Shown here: piece after piece, positions 23,231 to 32,638 of the stretch
Layout of the letters: the number at the start of each line of letters is the position of its first letter
Position numbering within the stretch: position 1 is the first letter of the stretch
DNA from: Amphiscolops sp. MND2022
Taxonomy: Eukaryota
Direction: 5' to 3'
Assembly (NCBI GenBank): GCA_964187785.1
Contig: OZ076409.1
Coordinates: forward strand, 65,846,001-65,910,000
DNA: 64,000 nt
Program-made: the position numbers and the translations under genes
Notes under the pieces: generated by a model
Told to the model about the DNA's origin: nothing
Database searches by the model: none
What the model saw: only the letters and a program-made list of their open reading frames with translations

Positions 23231-24464
23231 CTTTTGTGTTGTTTGCGCATTGCCATTGTACAATACAAGTGCATACACGCACGTAGGACTTGTGTAACGA
23301 CCCCGTGGGTGACCGGACAAAATCCGCGTCGCGCGGATTTTTATTTTTTGCTTTTGTCAAGCTCCCCGTGCATTGTGGGAATGTTGTTTTTGTGTTGTTT
23401 GCGCATTGCCAATGTACAATACAAGTGCATACACGCACGTAGGACTTGTGTAACGACCCCGTGGGTGGCCGGACAAAATCCGCGTCGCGCGGATTTTTAT
23501 TTTTTGCTTTTGTCAAGCTCCCCGTGCAATGTGGGAATGTTGTTTTTGTGTTGTTTGCGCATTGCCAATGTACAATACAAGTGCATACACGCACGTAGGA
23601 CTTGTGTAACGACCCCGTGGGTGGCCGGACAAAATCCGCGTCGCGCGGATTTTTATTTTTTGCTTTTGTCAAGCTCCCCGTGCAATGTGGGAGTGTTGTT
23701 TTTGTGTTGTTTGCGCATTGCCAATGTACAATACAAGTGCATACACTCACGTAGGACTTGTGTAACGACCCCGTTGGTGGCCGGACAAAATCCGCGTCGC
23801 GCGGATTTTGATTTTTTGCTTTTGTCAAGCTCCCCGTGCATTGTGGGAATGTTGTTTTTGTGTTGTTTGCGCATTGCCAATGTACAATACAAGTGCATAC
23901 ACGTACGTAGGACTTGTGTAACGACCCCGTGGGTGGCCGGACAAAATCCGCGTCGCGCGGATTTTTATTTTTTGCTTTTGCCAAACTCCCCGTGCATTGT
24001 GGGAATGTTGTTTTTGTGTTGTTTGCGCATTGCCAATGTACAATACAAGTGCATACACGCACGTAGGACTTGTGTAACGACCCCGTGGGTGGCCGGACAA
24101 AATCCGCGTCGCGCGGATTTTTATTTTTTGCTTTTGTCAAGCTCCCCGTGCATTGAGGGAGTGTTGTTTTTGTGTTGTTTGCGCATTGCCAATGTACAAT
24201 ACAAGTGCATACACGCACGTAGGACTTGTGTAACGACCCCGTGGGTGGCCGGACAAAATCCGCGTCGCGCGGATTTTTATTTTTTGCTTTTGCCAAGCTC
24301 CCCGTGCATTGTAGGAATGTTGTTTTTGTGTTGTTTGCGCATTGCCAATGTACAATACAAGTGCATACACGCACGTAGGACTTGTGTAACGACCCCATGG
24401 GTGGCCGGACAAAATCCGCGTCGCGCGGATTTTTATTTTTTGCTTTTGCCAAGCTCCCCGTGCA
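23231..24464. repeat. Tandem array of ~8 x 156 bp inside the Polinton
   Basis: Near-identical units, each with the hairpin AAAATCCGCG-TCG-CGCGGATTTT. The 52-codon periodicity shows in both overlapping ORFs. Confidence 0.95.
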
Positions 24465-24486
24465 ACCAAATGTTTAAACACAAAAA

Positions 24487-24695
24487 GGTCTTGTTGGTGT
24501 CGCGGTCATGGTGATTTGCTAGACATTGTCGCCTGCCTCTTGGGAAGGCAGGGTGATGCTGAAAACATCAACAATCACAGTGGTATCTATTCCAGAAGGT
24601 TGAGCCTCGACCCCCACAGAGGTTCAAACCTTCATCACTGAGAACTCTGCCGACAATGTCCGGCCCCGATCAGTATCCGCTGGACTAACAGGACC
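24487..24695 (+). ncRNA. Candidate structured ncRNA (~210 nt), possibly a Pol III / VA-RNA-like transcript
   Basis: Nested helices 24487-98/24684-95, 24522-31/24651-60, 24532-38/24546-52, 24554-58/24566-70, 24578-84/24634-40 and 24595-608/24619-33. G-U pairs favour the + strand. A-box-like TGGTGTCGCGG and B-box GTTCAAACC. Confidence 0.55.
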
Positions 24696-24774
24696 TTTAT
24701 TTGACATGAAAATAGTTTCAGCAATAAAGATCCAGAGACTATGATTGTAGATTTTATAGAACGACGTTGTTTTT

Positions 24775-25893
24775 GTGTTTGTTCAGGAGATGAAGTTCCG
24801 AAAGCAGCGGGACGCTTTTCAAGTTCTTTACGACTATTTTCGAAGAGGTCGCCAGTCAAGTTTCCACGTTGTGGTCCTCACGCCGTACGTTGAGCAATTC
24901 ACGAATAATTTCCTTGGTTACAGCGCTACTGTAAAAGACTACAGCAAAGTTCTTTTTCCCTGTCAATCGATTGACGAGGACGTCAATCACGTTTACCGAA
25001 GTTTCCTCGGTTCAAACACGGACGTGAAGCCAATAAATCGGAAAAAATACGAGGTGATGGATTACCACTACAAGCGATCCTTCGACAATCTAGTCCTCGG
25101 TATTGATTACGATGAAATTGAAAAAGATTTCCCCGCTGGCGATTCGGATTCGGACGATGATTGGAGTGACGATGGGATCTTCAATCATGATGTAGCAGTT
25201 CCTGATATAACTTTCAACAACCTCAACGACAATCAAGCCGTCAGGGTCTTCAAGGTCCTTGCAAAGATCAATGATTTCCCATCTTTGCTGGTCGGAGAAA
25301 CACGCTTCATTATTGGTCTGAGCAGCCTGCCGGTAGAATCCGTCAACGATGGGTTCCCTATTAATTTTTACTGGGATGTTGGAGAAATGCAGTTGGTTGA
25401 AAATGACACTCTTATTTTCTTGCCAGACGACTGCCTCGAGAAACTGGAGACCATTTGGCTCAATAGCAATAACGAAGAGAATTTCTTCGAATTTCTTCTC
25501 ATTGTCGATTTTGAGCAGGGTGTGCTGCGATTTGGCCTCAACGACCAATTACTTTTGCAGACAATCTGTTTCCAAAGTGACCTCGCTTATGAGATTAGAA
25601 TTTACTTCACCAAAACCACGGAATCATTGATGATATTAGAGGTTTTCAATCAGCCAAAAGCCTTGTCAAGTCTTGTGCCAGAGTGTCTGTTGAATATGTA
25701 TCAAGAGCAGGCCGACGATTTGTTTAGCTGTCAATGGGCCAACGAATTTGTTGAACATCTGGTGAAAAAATTCTATTTTCAGAATTGTTCAAAAGGTTCA
25801 ACGGTCACTGATGAACATCATCCCCTGATGGTTTCCCGGAAGTCTCTCTTGGAAGCCCATAGAATTACCAGAATGCAATCGCAAGCTCTGTAA
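24775..25893 (+). CDS. Polinton accessory protein, 372 aa, unknown
   Basis: Long ORF with protein-like composition and an acidic patch. The start is uncertain. Confidence 0.7.
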   Translation: MFVQEMKFRKQRDAFQVLYDYFRRGRQSSFHVVVLTPYVEQFTNNFLGYSATVKDYSKVLFPCQSIDEDVNHVYRSFLGSNTDVKPINRKKYEVMDYHYKRSFDNLVLGIDYDEIEKDFPAGDSDSDDDWSDDGIFNHDVAVPDITFNNLNDNQAVRVFKVLAKINDFPSLLVGETRFIIGLSSLPVESVNDGFPINFYWDVGEMQLVENDTLIFLPDDCLEKLETIWLNSNNEENFFEFLLIVDFEQGVLRFGLNDQLLLQTICFQSDLAYEIRIYFTKTTESLMILEVFNQPKALSSLVPECLLNMYQEQADDLFSCQWANEFVEHLVKKFYFQNCSKGSTVTDEHHPLMVSRKSLLEAHRITRMQSQAL

Positions 25894-26319
25894 TTTGTAA
25901 TTAAACGTTGCGCTGGATAGCAGTTCTTTCTTGTTGTAACATGTTTTTTGAAGCGTTGAATTGTCTTAAAACTGCTTAAAATTCAATGTATTTTTTTCAA
26001 GGAGTGAGAAAGAATCAGTCTTCATCAATAAAATGTTTGTAATCGGTACTGTTTTTTTTGGATTTTGCCACCTATACAGTCTAGACGTTTTTTTGCAGAA
26101 GACATAAAACAGTTGGAGTCGTGAAATTGATTCTCCCATCCTGTCCGAAACGCAGCAAACTATATATGTATTCGTTGCGCCTTAAAACGTTTTCTCCCTT
26201 CAAATCACAGTTCAGTTTTTTTTGTTAAAGTCGCTGATTACATGTTTCACTACATTTTTGAGAGTTCAGATTCACAGTACTCTTTCCGTTTCAGAGTCTC
26301 ATTGTTTTGACGAAAAAAG

Positions 26320-27039
26320 ATGAATTGGTTGAACAGTGTTGTACGTAAGCGCTCCCAGAAGAAGACTCTGGGTATTGTTGGAAACGATGCAAAATCTGTT
26401 GTGTCCTCCTGGCGAATCTCACCGGAGCAAGACGAGTCCAGCCACGACAAATGGTGGGACATTGCCAAGTCGCATAATCGCTGGGTTAGAATCGGAGTGA
26501 AGTGCTACCCAAACAACCTCTCTTCGGAGATGTCAACCGCGACTTACATCGGGCTGCGACTATTCAAACCCGATTTTCAAAGCGGCCAGTGGCAGCGGCA
26601 GGGTCACTTTTCGTTCACTGTTGAAGAGCTGACTGCGTTTGTTGCTTTGCTTGGTCTAGGTGACAAGGCGGCATTGGAATCATCAGGGGTGAAATCTGCG
26701 ACGACGCAGGAGTTCAACAGAGCGATGGAGGAAGCTCTGACGGGTGGGTTCCGAGAACCTACGTCAATCTCAACTTTTGGAAAGAAGCCTACTGGCAAGA
26801 AAGGTTTTTCCAAGGTCAATGGCGCGAAAGTCGGGTCAACCACAACCACATCGAAGAAGCGGGTCCAAAATGTCACGGGCGACTGTTTGACCAATGGCGA
26901 CAAGGAGAACATAACAATCGAGGCCGACGTTGAAAACCAAAAATTGTTTGAGAAACGAGATTTTGTTATGTTCAACGGTGAGACTGGTACGAACATAGCC
27001 ACCACTGAGGATGATGATGATGAAGTTTTCATGAACTAA
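26320..27039 (+). CDS. Polinton accessory protein with a candidate PC4-like ssDNA-binding domain
   Basis: RWVRIGV...YIGLRLF...GHFSFTVEEL resembles the PC4 strand/helix pattern. Acidic C-terminal tail (EDDDDE); lies just upstream of pPolB. Confidence 0.55.
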   Translation: MNWLNSVVRKRSQKKTLGIVGNDAKSVVSSWRISPEQDESSHDKWWDIAKSHNRWVRIGVKCYPNNLSSEMSTATYIGLRLFKPDFQSGQWQRQGHFSFTVEELTAFVALLGLGDKAALESSGVKSATTQEFNRAMEEALTGGFREPTSISTFGKKPTGKKGFSKVNGAKVGSTTTTSKKRVQNVTGDCLTNGDKENITIEADVENQKLFEKRDFVMFNGETGTNIATTEDDDDEVFMN

Positions 27040-27401
27040 ACGTCTCTTAAAGCTCGATGTTTTGTTGTATATGTGTTTGTTTGTTCTTGCGCGTGCGTTA
27101 AGTTTGACACTTTTTAATTTTGGCCAACTTCTCATTACGTTTCACTTATTGGCTTCTAAATAGGCATTTTTTCATACAGTACTTCGGTTCTCATTTATAC
27201 TCATCAGGCTAACCCCTCTGTGACGTGTTGCGTATACAAGTTTGTTTCCGGACCATTTATATAAATACCTTCTTCATATAATTTATGTTGTTGATTTTGT
27301 TTTTTTTTACTATTTGGAATCTTCATCAATCTTACAGTAGTTTTAATTGCTTCTGTGACACGTTTAATTCTTGTTGCATTGCGTTTGTTGCAGATTATGC
27401 C

Positions 27402-30400
27402 ATGGGGTTCAATCCTGAGCAGTACTATAGTGTAAATCGAATGCCACAAAGACGTAGTCTGTTGCGAGCGGCCAGCAGAGACTATGAAGTGTACTTCACG
27501 GACATTGAAAGTGTGCTGGATCGAATTAAAGAGATTTTCAACCACCTCATCAACAAATTGATATCTGAGATACAGCAAGATCTTCCTGGTCATTCACACA
27601 GAATTCGATTGGTATTGAATGCGCCTACCCTCAACTATCCTATTCATATCCCATTCTCGTCCGTAGCGGATTTCAACGCCGAACTGATTCCCGATGAAAT
27701 TGACAGGGTCGTTAATTCCAATGAGTCATTTGATATTAGCAACAATATCAAAGTCAACGTTTTGAGTGTTTCTTTACCAACAATGGGCGGGAACCGGCTT
27801 GGAGGCATACAGAGCAGGACTGTTCCCGATATCAAGCTCTTCACGAAACAAAAGAAGTCAATAATTGTAATCAAAAGTGACCAGAACGATTGTCTTTTGC
27901 GGGCCATAGCAATTGGCATCAAAGTTAAGGAGCGATCTCCCTGGCCGCCTAGTAAAAGAAAAACGACAAAAAACTTGCACCTAGATCGGGCTTCCGTGCA
28001 AACGCGTGAAATGCAGCATTTGATAACCCTTCTGAAATCTGATCCAAGCATCCCCCAAGACGAATTGCAGACAATTTTGGCTGGTGGTGCTTCCTCGAAA
28101 AGACTTCCCACCTCTGCCTTTGACGACTCCTCTACTGGGTTGCTTCACCATCAGACAGCTCAAACCTCTCCTGCTTATGGTAAACCTCTTGCTCTACAAG
28201 ATTTAGAATTTTTGTCTCAGTCGCAAGTGTTGAAAGACTTTTGTTTATCTGTTTACGATAGCAACTTTATGGGCACTTTCCTTAAATGTTATAATCAGGA
28301 AGCACAGCAGAATATCGACCTTTTGTATGATGCTCAAAACAGACAAGTAGATTTAGTTACCTCAATGAAAGGACTATTCGATGCTCGCCACTACTGTTAC
28401 AGTTGTCACAAGGCCTTTTCCACAGTGAAGCATTTATGCTCTGCCAGTGGTTGTTTGCTGTGTCGGCAGCCTGGCTGTCTCAATAGGACCGGTTTCATCA
28501 ACCATTCGCCGCTCAATTGGACTACCTCGTCCAATGACTTGTCAAAGACCCCTCGCCAGTCACCGGTTTTCCAGTGTGATAGATGCAGGCTAAAGGTACG
28601 AAGCCAAAAGTGTCTGGATTGCCATGTTACCTCTGGGGTGTGTCATTTGTACACTTTGTGCCCTACATGCGACAATACTGTACCTAAGCGAGCTTTCTCC
28701 AATCATATTTGCTCAAAAAAACGCTGTTCTACTTGCTCCGTCCATTACTCATTGTCAGACCGTAAAAACACCTCTTCGCCTTCATCGGAACATCAATGTT
28801 TTGTACAAAAACCGAAGAGATGTATAGAGCGAGAAATACCGAATGGTGATACCAATAACGAATTTCCTGATTGTGAAATATTGGGCGGAGAGAATTATCG
28901 TGAAGAAGTTGAGAAAGAAGATCCGATGACGCAAATCAAACGCAGGAAAATGAGCAACGCTCCAGTCGATGACGATGGTACTGTTACGTCTCGTGACCAG
29001 CCAGCAAACAACTTTGCACGAGCTCCCTCGGATGACAAAATTTGGGTTTTTGACATAGAAACTGACCAGAGTTGTGGCAATGAAGGGCTACATAAACCAA
29101 TTCTACTGGCAGCAGAGTCTTTGACAGGTGATGAAGTTATTTACTGTGGCTACGATTGTATAAACGATTTTTGTGAGGATGTTTTTGCTAGTGTTGAAAG
29201 GGTTCGTCAAACTGAATGGTTTATTGCCCATTTTGGCAGTGGGTTCGATTTCCTACCAATCCTGGAATGGCTCTACAAACAACACAAATATGTTCCCAAA
29301 ATTTTGCTCAGAGGTAACAAGGTTGTGTCAATGCGTGTGGGGAATAAACGATTCATTGACTCTTATCTTTTCATCCCGATACCTTCATCAAATTTTCCCA
29401 CAACGTTCAATCTCAAGGAATTGAAAAAAGGATACTTTCCTCATTTTTTGACATCTAAAGAGGCCCTCTATCCCGCCGCTACTTCAAAGCTGCATAGTTT
29501 ACAAACATGCGAGAAAGGGGAAAACTGCAATCTGCGCAAAATTGTTTCCAACGACTGCAATCACTGTGTAGCTACACAAAGCAATGTTCGCTGCTTCAAT
29601 GCAGGAAATGACCAAGAAGAAGAATGCCAAGAGTTTGCTCTCAAAGAGAGCCAATTTCCACCCGCGTGCCTTTTTGCTTTGAATTCGATGAAAGGACAGC
29701 AAACGGTGAGCACGTTTTTGGAATGGCACTCAGCACAGACCCAGCTTTATAAAGTTAATAAGCTCGTTTACGACTTTCAACAAGAACTCGTGTCGTACTG
29801 TCAGTCAGATGTTAAACTACTCAAAGAGGGTTTTTTGAAGTTTAGAACATTAATCAAGAAAGTGTGCAGCGGAATAGATCCGTTCGAAGTCGCTTGCACA
29901 GCATCAGCATGTAATTACTTTTATAGACAACTATTCATGCCGAAGGACTCCATCGCAATCCTCCCTCAGAACGGTTACACGGGCAATGAGTTAACGTCTT
30001 TCCCAGCTGCCGTTTGGCTGTCGTGGGTGGAACAAGTTGCAAATGATCGGAAGTCAAACGAGTTCAGTATTCGTCTGTATAAATCAGGCGGAGGATTGAA
30101 GCGAGGCAGAGGTAAGGAGCAGACACTTGGATCATTCAATGTAGACGGACTTCTTCTGTACAAACGAACATCTCAATCAAAGAGTACCGCATGTGGGAGT
30201 GTTGTCCAGAAACCACAACTGTCGATAGTTTTGGAGTTTTCTGGATGTTACTTCCACGGGTGTCCTTCTTGTTATACAGACCGAGATGAGGTTAATAAGA
30301 AACGAAATGCTACAACAATGCATGATTTGTACACCACAACAGATATGGACAGACTGGACTGGATATCAGCTCAAATCTCGAACGGCACAGTCTTCACAAC

Positions 30401-32435
30401 AACAGATAACTTACGTTTTGTTGTGCATAGTATATTTTTCATTTGGGAATGTGAGTTTAAAAAACTGTTGGAACTGTCCATATCTGAAGACGAAGAAGGA
30501 ATTGATACAACGTGGACGCATTTGCCGAGGTCAGTAGCAGCAAGACTCAGCAGCTCCCCCTCGAGCATTTCCGATGACATCCAGCAGGTCGAACAAAGTC
30601 GTGTAATACATCAGACCTTACTGTATCGGCTGAGTAACATCAAACTACTGCAACAGATGTCAAATGACAGCATTCGTTACAGTCCGTTACAGCCTCGTGA
30701 CGCTTTTTTTGGAGGAAGAACAGAAAATTTTGTCATGAAGTGGTCTCGACAACTACAGTCTCAGACCTTCAAGTATGTCGATGTTTGTTCGCTGTACCCA
30801 TATGTGAATTCCAGGTCAGTGTACCCTTCAGGGCATCCTGATTTGATTCTGATTGCTACAGAACAGCAACAACAATCGATTGCGCGTAAAGGAAAGGCTC
30901 GGAATAACAGCAACTCTGCCAATGAAAAACCGCCTCAAACCAGTTGGTTTGACGAGGATGTGAATGTAGCTCAAAGTAAAGCTGTGGAGTTTAAATTTTT
31001 GGATCGGGTTGACAGGATTCTTACAATGCCCAGTAACGAACGAGACTCGGGAGGAGATCAATGTGAAGCTGAAAAATCACATTCTCTGCCTCCACCACAG
31101 AGGTTCCGAAAGTTTTCGCAACGAACGCTTTTGGAATTCCCCTTAACTTTTGTTGAATTAAAATTGAAAAACGAGGATTATTTTGGTCTGATAAAATGCC
31201 AAGTACTGCCACCGTCTGATATACATCTACCCATTTTACCATTCAAATTTCAATCGAAACTCTTTTTTCCGCTATGTCGAAGTTGCGTTGAAGAAAGATC
31301 CAGCATGCCTGACAAAAAGAGTGTGGACTTGACATCAAAGAAGTGTGTTCATCGCCAAGTAGAAGAGAGGAGTTTCTGGGGCACATTTGCTACCCCAGAA
31401 GTTAAGCTTGCTTTGGAAAATGGATACCGAGTGATAGATGTAGCAGAGATTTGGAGTTGGTCGAGAGCAAAAAGGTCTGTGACATTGTTCAAAGAATATA
31501 TCGATAACTTTTTGAAAATAAAAATGGAGGCATCTGGTTGGCCAAAAACATGCCGCTGTGAAGAGAAGATGAATTCTGATTCATCGACAGAAATGATATG
31601 CGAGCATAAGAGGCGTTACCTTCAGGAGATGAAGAAGAAAGAAGGCATTTCACTTGACCCTGCGAGGATAGAGAAAAACGAAGGTCTACGCTTTATTGCT
31701 AAAATACTTCTGAACAGCTTCTGGGGTTATCTCGGAATGCGGGATAATATGCCAAAAACGAGGTACGTCAACAACTATCGAGAGGTCGTGGACTATTTCA
31801 CATCGCGAACAAAAAGAGTTACTGATGCGACTCTAGTGGGCGATGATTTGATGCTGCTACAATATCAACTCATTGATGACGCGGCAGACGCTCCGCGGAA
31901 GACAAATGTGATTCTTGCTGCCTTCACAACTGCACATGCTCGCATAATACTTTTCAACAATATGCAGCTGGTGAAAAATCCTAAAAATGTACTCTATTGT
32001 GATACAGACAGTATCATGTATGTCCACGATCAATCTCTGACCGATTCCCCGGATATCTCAATTGGGAGTGGACTGGGCGAAATGACCGACGAACTGCCTC
32101 CTGATGTCTTGATTGACAAGTTTTGGAGTGCAGGGCCAAAGTTTTATTGCTTGTCTGGTCACAACGTTAAAACAGGACTGGAGTATAATATTTTCAAAGT
32201 CAAGGGTGTAACGCTGAATAGGGCTACAGAGAAAACATTCAACCCCGATACCTTCAGAAAACTCGTGCTTGGTGAGACTCATGAATTGCGAAGTCCTTAC
32301 AGTAGTCTGAGTCGTTGTGTTCGAACAGGCCAACTGAAAAACAAGTTTTGTGAAAAACGCGCCCGAGTCACAAGTAACAAACGTGTTTTCAACACAAATT
32401 CCGGCGAATCTACACCGTTTGGTTACGTCGGTTGA
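27402..32435 (+). CDS. polB: Protein-primed family B DNA polymerase
   Basis: Exo I FDIET, Exo II AHFGSGFDF, Exo III YCQSDV, EFSGCYFHGC insert, motif A DVCSLYP, motif B KILLNSFWG, motif C YCDTDS and KVKG. Cys-rich N-terminal region. The frame is open from 27285 and the likely start is ATG 27402. Confidence 0.97.
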   Translation: MGFNPEQYYSVNRMPQRRSLLRAASRDYEVYFTDIESVLDRIKEIFNHLINKLISEIQQDLPGHSHRIRLVLNAPTLNYPIHIPFSSVADFNAELIPDEIDRVVNSNESFDISNNIKVNVLSVSLPTMGGNRLGGIQSRTVPDIKLFTKQKKSIIVIKSDQNDCLLRAIAIGIKVKERSPWPPSKRKTTKNLHLDRASVQTREMQHLITLLKSDPSIPQDELQTILAGGASSKRLPTSAFDDSSTGLLHHQTAQTSPAYGKPLALQDLEFLSQSQVLKDFCLSVYDSNFMGTFLKCYNQEAQQNIDLLYDAQNRQVDLVTSMKGLFDARHYCYSCHKAFSTVKHLCSASGCLLCRQPGCLNRTGFINHSPLNWTTSSNDLSKTPRQSPVFQCDRCRLKVRSQKCLDCHVTSGVCHLYTLCPTCDNTVPKRAFSNHICSKKRCSTCSVHYSLSDRKNTSSPSSEHQCFVQKPKRCIEREIPNGDTNNEFPDCEILGGENYREEVEKEDPMTQIKRRKMSNAPVDDDGTVTSRDQPANNFARAPSDDKIWVFDIETDQSCGNEGLHKPILLAAESLTGDEVIYCGYDCINDFCEDVFASVERVRQTEWFIAHFGSGFDFLPILEWLYKQHKYVPKILLRGNKVVSMRVGNKRFIDSYLFIPIPSSNFPTTFNLKELKKGYFPHFLTSKEALYPAATSKLHSLQTCEKGENCNLRKIVSNDCNHCVATQSNVRCFNAGNDQEEECQEFALKESQFPPACLFALNSMKGQQTVSTFLEWHSAQTQLYKVNKLVYDFQQELVSYCQSDVKLLKEGFLKFRTLIKKVCSGIDPFEVACTASACNYFYRQLFMPKDSIAILPQNGYTGNELTSFPAAVWLSWVEQVANDRKSNEFSIRLYKSGGGLKRGRGKEQTLGSFNVDGLLLYKRTSQSKSTACGSVVQKPQLSIVLEFSGCYFHGCPSCYTDRDEVNKKRNATTMHDLYTTTDMDRLDWISAQISNGTVFTTTDNLRFVVHSIFFIWECEFKKLLELSISEDEEGIDTTWTHLPRSVAARLSSSPSSISDDIQQVEQSRVIHQTLLYRLSNIKLLQQMSNDSIRYSPLQPRDAFFGGRTENFVMKWSRQLQSQTFKYVDVCSLYPYVNSRSVYPSGHPDLILIATEQQQQSIARKGKARNNSNSANEKPPQTSWFDEDVNVAQSKAVEFKFLDRVDRILTMPSNERDSGGDQCEAEKSHSLPPPQRFRKFSQRTLLEFPLTFVELKLKNEDYFGLIKCQVLPPSDIHLPILPFKFQSKLFFPLCRSCVEERSSMPDKKSVDLTSKKCVHRQVEERSFWGTFATPEVKLALENGYRVIDVAEIWSWSRAKRSVTLFKEYIDNFLKIKMEASGWPKTCRCEEKMNSDSSTEMICEHKRRYLQEMKKKEGISLDPARIEKNEGLRFIAKILLNSFWGYLGMRDNMPKTRYVNNYREVVDYFTSRTKRVTDATLVGDDLMLLQYQLIDDAADAPRKTNVILAAFTTAHARIILFNNMQLVKNPKNVLYCDTDSIMYVHDQSLTDSPDISIGSGLGEMTDELPPDVLIDKFWSAGPKFYCLSGHNVKTGLEYNIFKVKGVTLNRATEKTFNPDTFRKLVLGETHELRSPYSSLSRCVRTGQLKNKFCEKRARVTSNKRVFNTNSGESTPFGYVG

Positions 32436-32638
32436 ACAATAACTTCTCATTTATTTTAGACATACATGAATTTTATCAAGTTTGTAAAACATTCGTCCTT
32501 GTTGTGTGGCTATTACTTTGCTTTTGAAAATAAAATTTGTGCTTAAATCTCGATTGACCATCTGGATTAAACATCCTCCTTGGTTAATAATCAAAACTGG
32601 CCCAATTAACGAACTGCTGTGTTTCAGACTTTTTGTCA

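Noticed and set aside
23231..24464. CRISPR-like array
   Set aside because: Units are near-identical along their whole length, with no unique spacers and no cas genes.
23183..24514. 443-aa (+) and 420-aa (-) repeat ORFs
   Set aside because: They are by-products of a 156-bp unit divisible by three, open on both strands, with no recognisable domain. Coding is not excluded but is unsupported.
24574..24593. Similarity of the shared motif to the U2 snRNA branch-recognition region
   Set aside because: Needs gaps, lacks GUAGUA and has no other U2 features.
24482..24695. Vault-RNA-like reading of the minus strand (TTAGTCCAGCGGATACT ... TTTTT)
   Set aside because: The resemblance is superficial: minus-strand stems contain A-C mismatches where the plus strand has G-U pairs, and there is no good B-box. 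Kept only as an alternative.
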